From contig DYJC01000003.1 of NCBI GenBank assembly GCA_020723305.1, positions 270,418 through 334,417 on the forward strand: a stretch of DNA of 64,000 nt, written 5' to 3'. The position numbers and the translations under genes are program-made. Under the pieces are notes generated by a model, which did no database searches, had not been told where the DNA came from, and worked only from the letters and a program-made list of their open reading frames with translations. Below, piece by piece: positions 38,878 through 46,821 of the stretch (its first letter is position 1; each line of letters starts with the position of its first letter). Origin of the DNA: Desulfosudis oleivorans. GTDB taxonomy: Bacteria > Desulfobacterota > Desulfobacteria > Desulfobacterales > SURF-7.

Positions 38878-39835
38878 AGGCTGGAGGTATATCGTGGAGC
38901 CCTATGAGGATATCTATTTTGAAGTATCCGGAAGGTGCAACGCCCGGTGCCGGTGGTGTGCCACCGGCCGGAAAAACAGGGCCGGCCGGAAAACCGGGGC
39001 GTTTATCGATCCGGATCTGTTTGCAAGGGGCATCCGGTATCTGAGAGAATACGGCATGATCGGTCCCAAAACGGTCGTCAAGCTGTTCAGCTGGGGTGAA
39101 CCCCTGCTTCATCCGAAATTTACGGATCTGGTGGATATCCTCAATCAGGAGGATGTTCCTTTCGGCATCAGCACCAATGCCTCCAAGCCGGTCTTTTTTC
39201 AGGCCCCTGACGCTCTCCGGAATCTGAGACAGGTTATTCTCTCCCTGCCGGGATTCAGTCAGAAATCCTATGACCGGATTCAGATGCTGGACTTTGAAAA
39301 AATGAAGACCAATATCGCCAAAATGCTCGTGAATTTCCGGGAGTGCGGTTATACGGGCAGCACCATCGGCAGCTATCATGTCTATCAATCCAATATGGAT
39401 GAGCTGGAAGCGGCGGCAGCCTTTGCCCAAGAGCATGATATCGGCCTCCTGCCCTCTTTTGCTTATATTGCGGACTGGATGGAATACCGCCGGTATCTGC
39501 GTCTTGAAATGACAGCGGAAAGGCTGAAGGAGGCCACCCAATCCCTGTTTCTGTTTCATGTAGAGGACAGGCTTCGGGAATTGCGCGCCTTCGGCAAGTG
39601 CATATGTCCCCAGTTCGACCATCTTGTCCTGGATGAACATTGCAATGTGCTCACCTGCTGTCTGGTGGACCGTGACTATCCGGATTACAGCATCGGCAAC
39701 CTGTTCGATCTGTCCCCGGAGAAAATCCAAACCCTGAAAAGAGCCCAGTCGATATGCCGGGAATGTCACGAGCTGGGGATCTGGTATTTAATCCAGGGAC
39801 CGCTGCCGATCAAGCGGCTTCTGACACTGAACTGA
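38864..39835 (+). CDS. Radical SAM protein with a Cys-rich (SPASM/twitch-like) C-terminus
   Basis: CxxxCxxC motif in GRCNARCRWCATG. C-terminal cysteines occur in CICPQFDHLVLDEHCNVLTCC...CRECHELG. It overlaps the upstream gene by 14 nt. Confidence 0.75.
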   Translation: MDRPEGWRYIVEPYEDIYFEVSGRCNARCRWCATGRKNRAGRKTGAFIDPDLFARGIRYLREYGMIGPKTVVKLFSWGEPLLHPKFTDLVDILNQEDVPFGISTNASKPVFFQAPDALRNLRQVILSLPGFSQKSYDRIQMLDFEKMKTNIAKMLVNFRECGYTGSTIGSYHVYQSNMDELEAAAAFAQEHDIGLLPSFAYIADWMEYRRYLRLEMTAERLKEATQSLFLFHVEDRLRELRAFGKCICPQFDHLVLDEHCNVLTCCLVDRDYPDYSIGNLFDLSPEKIQTLKRAQSICRECHELGIWYLIQGPLPIKRLLTLN

Positions 39836-39895
39836 TATCCGATGCATGCGGCTGCCGCCGGCTGTCCTATGCTGAATAAAAAAGGAGGCAATTGA

Positions 39896-42817
39896 ATGGG
39901 TACAAAAACAGAGAATTTTTTCAATGCCAATATGGCTGTTTTGAAGGAGACTCACCCGCATGTCTGGACCCTTTTTCAGGAAAACCGTTTTGAGCATATG
40001 GGGGAAATTCGCCGATCTCCATCCGGCAAACTCAATCTGGTTGTAACAGACAAGGAAGGCCGACAAACCTTTCTTCATGATCAGAATGATCCGGAAGCGG
40101 AAGTGCCGCAGTTTCTGGCAATGGTACCGGAAGAATCCACCGGCTTTATCGCCATGGTCGGGATGGGGCTGGCATATGCCCCCATGACCATTTTAAAAAA
40201 GAGGCCGTATATCCGTCATCTTGCGGTTTTTGACCGGCACCCGGGTATTCTCTTTCAGGCCATGCACCATCTGGATCTGACTCCTATGCTGTCCGACCCG
40301 CGTCTGCTTCTGGGAATCGGACCGGAGCCCGACATCCACGGGATTCTCATGCCGGCAACCCGGGCACTGCTGGTCGAGGCCATTCATACCCTCAAGCATG
40401 TACCCTCTTTTCGTCTGGATCCGGCCGGCTATGATGAACTCTATGACAAGGTATTTTCGTTTGTCAACGATTGCAATGTGGGCGGTGGGACTCTGTTTGC
40501 ATTTGGCGGCGACTTTCTGTCAAACCGTCTGGCCCATCTCACCGCCATGCCCCATAACCGGCTGATCGATCATGTAAAGGGTGCCTTCACCGGCAAGCCT
40601 GCCATTCTTGTGGCCGGCGGCCCTTCTCTGGACAAAAACATCCATGTGCTTGCACAGGCGAAGGACAAGGCGGTGATCATCGCCGCGGACACGGTGCTGA
40701 CCAAACTGATCAAACACGGGGTGCGGCCGGACTTTGTCACCTCCATTGATATGGAGGAGTTTACGTTCGAGAAGATCGCCGGTGCCATTCCGATGCTGAA
40801 CCATACGGACAAAATCGGGCTGATCTGTTCCTCCTGGGTGACCCCCAGGATGCCCAAGACCTTTCCCGCGTCACAGGTGTACTGGACCTTTACCGGCCGT
40901 CCTCTGGAAAACCGCATCAACATGCTCCTGGGTGGTTCCGTTTCCATGCCGGGGGCTAAAACCGTGGCCCATTTAAGTCTCCAGGCAGCCGTGGTCATGG
41001 GCTGCTCGCCGATTATTTTTATTGGACAGGATCTGGCCTTTTCGGACGACAAGGATCATGCCGATGGAACGGTTTTAACCAACCAGACGGCCATTACCTC
41101 CTTTCTTCAATCCAGCGACGTTATCTGGGTGGACGGCGTTCTGGGAAAGAAAGTGCCGACCAACCGTGGTTTTTTCAGTATGAAAGCCTACTTTGAACAG
41201 TTTATCGCCGGAACGCCGGGACATTACATCAATGCTACCGAAGGAGGCGCCCATATCGACGGAACGGAAGTTTTTACGCTGCAACAAGCCCTTGATCAAT
41301 TTTGCATGGAGGATCAAAACATTGCCGCCATCACTGCCCGCAGCGCCGTTGTTGATCGGAATCCGGGCAGGGAGCTGACTTCCAGTCTGCGCAACATACT
41401 TTCCAAGGTCAACCATCTCCGGAAGCTGATCAAAAAAGCCGATGCCCGATCGATTACAATTACGCGGGAGATTGGAAAACTTCAGCAGCGCGGCGGCATG
41501 TATACTTCCTTGAGGATGCTGCCCAAAAATCTTCAGCAGATGATTATTGAACTTAACAAGCTTCATGACGAAGTGGATGCAGCCAATCAGATATGGGAGT
41601 ACCTGGATGAAATCACCCTGGAAGGTGTCCGTCGGAGCGAGCGTCATCTGCATATCATTAAAATGCTGGAAGGAAAACCGGACAGATATATCGAGTGGCT
41701 GCTGAAAAGCATGGAACGGCTCGACGAGATCAACGGGGTTAGAAAAAATGTTCTGGACTTTTTCCATCAGCACCTTTCAAAGGCAATGCATCATTTTTTA
41801 CAGGAAGCCAAAATACGCGGGGAAATGGAAAAACAGGGCGACAGCATCACCTCCTGCTTGAAACTGGCAAAGCTGTATTTGGAATCAGACGATATTGTGC
41901 TGGCCCAATCCGTGTTGAAGCCTTTTGATGGTGTTTCCGGCGGTCCGGCTGAGATTTCTCTGTTCCTCGGGATGATCGCTGCCTGTCAGACCGAATTTGA
42001 CAAGGCGGAATTCCATTTCCGGGAAGCATGTCAAAAAGACTCCTCCTGCCATGAACAAATTAAAACCTTCCGGAAAAAGATGGGAGACACCTATATCCGG
42101 TATGCGGAGCGCCTCCGGTCGGAAGGCTATGATATCGGCACCATTCTGCTGAGAGGACTGCAATATTGTGAATCCAGCGACATCATCCGGACTTCGTTGA
42201 AAACCCTTTTCGAAGAGGAGATGCAGCGTATGGAAGCGAAAGCCGGGGATGGAAATCCGCTCTCTGCCGAACGCGAGATCCGCTTCTGGTATGATGCCCT
42301 GAAACAGAACAAACCTTTTGCCGCCTTGCTGACCGAAGATCTCAAAAAACGGTTGTGCTGCCTGAACGGTTTTATGCATGTCCGGCAAAACCATCCGGAA
42401 GAAGCGGCGGAGAGTTATGAGAGAGCATTGGATCTTTCAGCAGATGATCCGGAGCTCCATCTGCTTCTGGCGGATGTCCATTTTGCCGCACACGATTTTA
42501 CCAAGGGCATTGTCAGTCTCGACAGAGCCGTGGCATTGGACCGGAATTACGCCCGGTACTGGGAGAACATGGGTGATAACCTGTCAGCGGCCGGACAGCC
42601 GCTGGATGCTATCGCGGCTTATGAAAGATGCATCCTGGCATTGCCGGAACATCTCCTGATACTGAAAAAAATCGGGGATTGCCACATGGCTGCGGATCAG
42701 CTCCCGGCAGCTCTGGAAGCGTATCAACAATTCAAGGTCAAATCCGGAATTGCGGTCAACGGATGTTCTAAGATCGGTCCGCAGAAAGAACTGGAATATG
42801 GGCAACCCTGTAGCTGA
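39896..42817 (+). CDS. maf: Motility accessory factor (Maf, DUF115/MptE-like flagellin nonulosonic-acid glycosyltransferase) fused to a C-terminal TPR region
   Basis: DUF115 core KPAILVAGGPSLDKNIHVL...AVIIAADTVLTKLIKHGVRPDFVTSIDMEE...IIFIGQDLAFSD. The C-terminal ~350 aa contains TPR-like repeats. AGGAGG RBS upstream. Confidence 0.8.
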   Translation: MGTKTENFFNANMAVLKETHPHVWTLFQENRFEHMGEIRRSPSGKLNLVVTDKEGRQTFLHDQNDPEAEVPQFLAMVPEESTGFIAMVGMGLAYAPMTILKKRPYIRHLAVFDRHPGILFQAMHHLDLTPMLSDPRLLLGIGPEPDIHGILMPATRALLVEAIHTLKHVPSFRLDPAGYDELYDKVFSFVNDCNVGGGTLFAFGGDFLSNRLAHLTAMPHNRLIDHVKGAFTGKPAILVAGGPSLDKNIHVLAQAKDKAVIIAADTVLTKLIKHGVRPDFVTSIDMEEFTFEKIAGAIPMLNHTDKIGLICSSWVTPRMPKTFPASQVYWTFTGRPLENRINMLLGGSVSMPGAKTVAHLSLQAAVVMGCSPIIFIGQDLAFSDDKDHADGTVLTNQTAITSFLQSSDVIWVDGVLGKKVPTNRGFFSMKAYFEQFIAGTPGHYINATEGGAHIDGTEVFTLQQALDQFCMEDQNIAAITARSAVVDRNPGRELTSSLRNILSKVNHLRKLIKKADARSITITREIGKLQQRGGMYTSLRMLPKNLQQMIIELNKLHDEVDAANQIWEYLDEITLEGVRRSERHLHIIKMLEGKPDRYIEWLLKSMERLDEINGVRKNVLDFFHQHLSKAMHHFLQEAKIRGEMEKQGDSITSCLKLAKLYLESDDIVLAQSVLKPFDGVSGGPAEISLFLGMIAACQTEFDKAEFHFREACQKDSSCHEQIKTFRKKMGDTYIRYAERLRSEGYDIGTILLRGLQYCESSDIIRTSLKTLFEEEMQRMEAKAGDGNPLSAEREIRFWYDALKQNKPFAALLTEDLKKRLCCLNGFMHVRQNHPEEAAESYERALDLSADDPELHLLLADVHFAAHDFTKGIVSLDRAVALDRNYARYWENMGDNLSAAGQPLDAIAAYERCILALPEHLLILKKIGDCHMAADQLPAALEAYQQFKVKSGIAVNGCSKIGPQKELEYGQPCS

Positions 42818-42821
42818 TGGA

Positions 42822-44555
42822 ATGGAAACCGACGCCATGCTGAAAACGGCGGTGAAATGCCATCAGGATGGGAATCTTTCCGAAGCAGACCGGAGTTATT
42901 CGGCCATTTTGGTCGAGGAGCCGGATCATGCCGATGCATTACACCTGAAAGGACTCATCGCCTACCAGTCCGGGTGTTTTGAAGATGCGGCCCGGCTGAT
43001 CCAAAGGGCCATTTCCGTCAATCCCGGTTCACCTGAATTCCATAACAGCCTGGGCGCAGTTCAGGAAGCATTGGGTGATCCGGTTTTATCCATCGGCAGT
43101 TATGTAAAGGCGATTGAAAACCATCCGGATTACATTGACGCCTATGTCAATCTGGCGCGTCTGCGTCCGGATGTGGCGGAAGTCCGTTTTAATCTGGCGA
43201 GTATCCTCCACCGGCAGGGAAATATCGGGTCTGCCGTTGAGAATTACAAGGCAGCGGTCCGGCTTCAGCCCGAAAACGTCATTGCGCTCAACAATCTGGG
43301 CCTGACCCTTCAGGAAATGGGTAAAACAAGTGAAGCTGTCGATTGCTATATCCGTGCGGTGAATCTGATGCCGGATTTTTCCGAGGCCCGTTATAATCTA
43401 GGCCGCGTGTACCAGCTTCAGGGGGATTTGGAAAAGGCCGTCGAAGAATACCGCCGGGCAATCCGGACGACCCGCGGGCCATCTTCCCGGATTTTTTATA
43501 ACTGGGCCTTGGCCTTGCAGAAACTCGGCCAATATGATGAGGCTATCCAGCGGTATGCGGATGCTGTCCATGATGATCCGGGATATGCGGAAGCCCATGT
43601 GAACCGGTCGCTCCTGTTGCTGCTGACCGGCCGTTACCGGGAAGCCTGGCCCGAATATGAATGGCGGCGGAGGCGTCCGGACTGGCTCTCGGCTAATCCA
43701 ATCTATCCGGATCTGCCGTCCTGGGACGGAAGCCCTATGTCTGGAAAACGCATTCTGGTTCAGGCGGAGCAAGGTTTCGGCGATACGATTCAGTTTGTCC
43801 GATATCTGCCCCTGGTCAAAAATCGCTGCGGGCGGATTATTCTCGAAGCACCTCCGGCCCTGCACCCTTTGTTGAAATCCCTGTCCGCCATTGATGAGAT
43901 GGCGGCACCGAATCCGGAAAACGCTAAAAAGGCCGATGCCGGTGTGCATCTGTTGAGCCTTCCCGGGATCTTTCAGACCACCGTAAATACGATTCCCATG
44001 GTGGTTCCCTATCTGCATGCTCCGGCCGGAAAAATAGAAAACTGGCAAGACCGGATTTCCGGAAACGGGTTCAACATCGGTGTGGTTTGGTCCGGCAATC
44101 CAGCCCATCCGGAAAATACTTTTCGCTCCTGTGATCCAGGTCATTTTGTTTCCCTGGTATCCCTGCCGTCCGTGAACCTGTACAGCCTGCAAAAAGGCCC
44201 GGCCGCGGACAGGCTTCGGGAAACGCCCGGCTGCGCCGGTATTGTGGATCTCGGACCGGAACTCCATGATTTTTCCGATACGGCCGCCGTCATAATGAAC
44301 CTGGACCTGGTCATTTCCGTGGATACGGCGCTGGTTCATCTGGCCGGTGCTTTGGGAAAGCCTGTCTGGACCCTGCGCTATCATCAGCCTTACTGGGTAT
44401 GGGGAACACACGAAAACAAATCACCCTGGTATCCCACCATGCGGATTTTCCGGCAATCGCCTGCGGAGAGCTGGAGTCAATTTTTCCAGCATATTATAGA
44501 GACACTGCACCAATATGTTTATTCGCCATATGGCATGCGGGAAAAGGAAATTTGA
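42822..44555 (+). CDS. TPR-repeat protein with a C-terminal GT-B (GT9/heptosyltransferase-like) glycosyltransferase domain
   Basis: N-terminal TPR units (ALHLKGLIAYQSG..., ALNNLGLTLQEMG..., ARYNLGRVYQLQG...). The C-terminus carries EQGFGDTIQFVRYLPLV and ISVDTALVHLAGALGKPVW. The start is ambiguous (42798, 42822 or 42837). Confidence 0.75.
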   Translation: METDAMLKTAVKCHQDGNLSEADRSYSAILVEEPDHADALHLKGLIAYQSGCFEDAARLIQRAISVNPGSPEFHNSLGAVQEALGDPVLSIGSYVKAIENHPDYIDAYVNLARLRPDVAEVRFNLASILHRQGNIGSAVENYKAAVRLQPENVIALNNLGLTLQEMGKTSEAVDCYIRAVNLMPDFSEARYNLGRVYQLQGDLEKAVEEYRRAIRTTRGPSSRIFYNWALALQKLGQYDEAIQRYADAVHDDPGYAEAHVNRSLLLLLTGRYREAWPEYEWRRRRPDWLSANPIYPDLPSWDGSPMSGKRILVQAEQGFGDTIQFVRYLPLVKNRCGRIILEAPPALHPLLKSLSAIDEMAAPNPENAKKADAGVHLLSLPGIFQTTVNTIPMVVPYLHAPAGKIENWQDRISGNGFNIGVVWSGNPAHPENTFRSCDPGHFVSLVSLPSVNLYSLQKGPAADRLRETPGCAGIVDLGPELHDFSDTAAVIMNLDLVISVDTALVHLAGALGKPVWTLRYHQPYWVWGTHENKSPWYPTMRIFRQSPAESWSQFFQHIIETLHQYVYSPYGMREKEI

Positions 44556-44557
44556 AT

Positions 44558-45310
44558 ATGCAGGCAAATGAAAAGGAATATGAATTTACAGTTCCCGGTG
44601 CGGTAGCGCTGGCCCCGGACGGCATGGAGCATGCGCTGGATGTGGGTTGCGCCGGAGGCGCCTTGGGATCTTATCTGAAATCCCAAAAAAAATATAAAAC
44701 AGTTGTCGGCATCGAGTACAGCAAATCCTCAGCAGCCAAAGCACGCCTTCTCCTGGACGAGGTCTACGTCGGAGATGCCTGCATCATCGATCTGCCGACA
44801 AAATACCGAAATTATTTTGATTTGATTGTCTACACCAATGTCCTTGAGCATCTGTATGACCCCTGGTCCGTCATCACCAGGCATAAAGCCTATCTGAGGG
44901 AAGGCGGCTATATGCTTGCGAGCATACCGAATATGCGAAATCTTTTCATCCTGCTGCATTTATTGATCGGGCGGTTTGACTATACCGAACTCGGTTTGCT
45001 GGATAAAACCCATATCCGATTTTTCACGGCAGACACGGCATTGGAGATGTTTATAAACGCAGGTTTTATTCTTGATCGCATGGCAAGAACCATCTGCGAT
45101 GCCAAATGGCATGCAGACTTAAACGACCGGCCCATTCAGCCGGCGATTCTGGAATTTTATGATAAAATTTATCAGAAGCATATGCGTGGAGAGGATTGTT
45201 CGTCGGATTTGCAGCAATGTTTCGGGCTGTTTTCGTTCACTATAGAGGCTACCGTAGAATTTCTTACCAGCCAATATCATCTGCTGCTCAGGAAACCCGT
45301 AACAGGTTAA
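44558..45310 (+). CDS. Class I SAM-dependent methyltransferase
   Basis: Motif I ALDVGCAGGALGSYL and the post-I block DLIVYTNVLEHLYDPW. The ATG at 44558 begins 3 nt after the upstream TGA. Confidence 0.8.
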   Translation: MQANEKEYEFTVPGAVALAPDGMEHALDVGCAGGALGSYLKSQKKYKTVVGIEYSKSSAAKARLLLDEVYVGDACIIDLPTKYRNYFDLIVYTNVLEHLYDPWSVITRHKAYLREGGYMLASIPNMRNLFILLHLLIGRFDYTELGLLDKTHIRFFTADTALEMFINAGFILDRMARTICDAKWHADLNDRPIQPAILEFYDKIYQKHMRGEDCSSDLQQCFGLFSFTIEATVEFLTSQYHLLLRKPVTG

Positions 45311-45328
45311 AAAATAAGGAATTTTTAA

Positions 45329-46570
45329 TTGGATCAGCGTAAAACCAGATATCATGTTGTTGTTGTCATTGAAAAAGGTATTGCCGCCCCCAACATTATG
45401 CTGGATTTTGCATCAGCGTTTGAAGAGCTGGGTCATTCCGTTTTCCTGATTGATTTCCGTCTTCTGGAAACCATGGCATCCGATGAGGAAAAAATCACCT
45501 ATTTTGAAAATATCCGAAAAGAATTAAAGCAGTTCGAGCCGGATTTTGCCGTCGGATATGGCAACAGCGTGTTTATTTCACTGCCCCCTAATGATCCGGA
45601 ACGCCATTTTTTCGAGGAATTGAACCTGGATTATGTCTCTCTGTTTTTCGACAACCCGCTCCTGACCGGTTTTATCAGTTCCATGCTGACCTTGCATTCC
45701 CCCCGGTATACGGTTTTTATCTGGGATCGGAACCACCTTGCCGAATTCCGCAAGCAGCATAAAAAGGAAGCCTTTTATCTGCCACTGGCCACCAATCCAA
45801 AGATATTTCAGCCCCTTGCCTCGGAACCGGAATTTGAGGCAGATGTCGGTTTTATCGGGTCGGTCAGCACGACAGCGGATTATGATCTGGAGCGGACTCA
45901 GAATGGCTGGCACGAATGGCTCATCAGTTTTGCCCGGAATATTGTAGATGAGGTCCGCCGGCACCCGGGTGTTACCGTGACGGAAATCATTCATACCTTT
46001 CGGGATGGTTTCCCGGATGAAACCCGAAAGGCCCTGGACGATTTTTCCAGGCGGGATGATTACACCTCCTTTATCCTTTCCATATATGATGAAATCGGAG
46101 CCCGTGACCGCATGGATGCCATCCGCCTGTTGCCGGACGACCTGCGGGTGCACGTCTACGGAGGTCCCGGCTGGAACCGTCTGAGCAAACCCGGCTTGCA
46201 TCTGAAAGGCCCGGTCGATTATCATCGGACGGCGCCCCTGGTATATAATTCGGCCCGGATCAATCTGAATGTCACCGGCAGCCAGTTGTCCGCAGCCGTG
46301 AATCAGCGGGTGTTTGATGTGGCTGCATGCGGGGCTTTCCTGCTTACGGATTATCGAACCGCCCTGGATGAACTGTTTGATGTGGGCCGGGAAGTGGCCT
46401 GCTATCGCAACCTGAATGAATTAAACCAGTTGACGGATTATTACCGGAGCCATCCGGATCTGCGGCTGGAAATCGCAGCCCGGGGCAGGGAACGGGTGCT
46501 TGCCGAGCACACCTATTGCCACCGGGCCCAGCGCATCATCGACCTTTTTCAATACCGCGCATCCTATTGA
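45329..46570 (+). CDS. CgeB-family glycosyltransferase (DUF3880 plus GT1-like C-terminus)
   Basis: C-terminal block INLNVTGSQLSAAVNQRVFDVAACGAFLLTDY...RGRERVLAEHTYCHRAQRI is typical of CgeB-like enzymes. The TTG start follows AAGGAA. Confidence 0.65.
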   Translation: MDQRKTRYHVVVVIEKGIAAPNIMLDFASAFEELGHSVFLIDFRLLETMASDEEKITYFENIRKELKQFEPDFAVGYGNSVFISLPPNDPERHFFEELNLDYVSLFFDNPLLTGFISSMLTLHSPRYTVFIWDRNHLAEFRKQHKKEAFYLPLATNPKIFQPLASEPEFEADVGFIGSVSTTADYDLERTQNGWHEWLISFARNIVDEVRRHPGVTVTEIIHTFRDGFPDETRKALDDFSRRDDYTSFILSIYDEIGARDRMDAIRLLPDDLRVHVYGGPGWNRLSKPGLHLKGPVDYHRTAPLVYNSARINLNVTGSQLSAAVNQRVFDVAACGAFLLTDYRTALDELFDVGREVACYRNLNELNQLTDYYRSHPDLRLEIAARGRERVLAEHTYCHRAQRIIDLFQYRASY

Positions 46571-46626
46571 TTCTCTCCTTTTATATCTAACCCTGGAATA
46601 AATAACATAGGGAACCGGAAAAACAC

Positions 46627-46653
46627 TCAAGAAATTTCCCAATTTGTCGATTT
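46627..46653 (+). promoter_or_regulatory. Sigma28 (FliA)-like promoter of the flagellin gene
   Basis: TCAA-N15-GTCGATTT, with exactly the canonical 15-nt spacing. It implies a leader of about 160 nt. Confidence 0.45.
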
Positions 46654-46780
46654 ATCTTGTGTAGAGTCAAATATTTCTGCTCAGCAATTATCTGTCAAAA
46701 TCCAAAGGAGGTGATCGAAACGAATTAAGTTTCTACCTTAAAACAATAAGTTATCTTTTCTATCAATGATTTCACAAAAT

Positions 46781-46796
46781 GGGGAAAGGAATCCCC
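46781..46796 (+). promoter_or_regulatory. Leader hairpin presenting GGA in its loop, 14 nt upstream of the SD; candidate CsrA-type site
   Basis: GGGGA-aaggaa-TCCCC gives a 5-bp stem with an AAGGAA loop. The SD GGAGG at 46810-46814 supplies a second GGA. Confidence 0.3.
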
Positions 46797-46821
46797 GTCA
46801 CCCACACATGGAGGTTAGATC

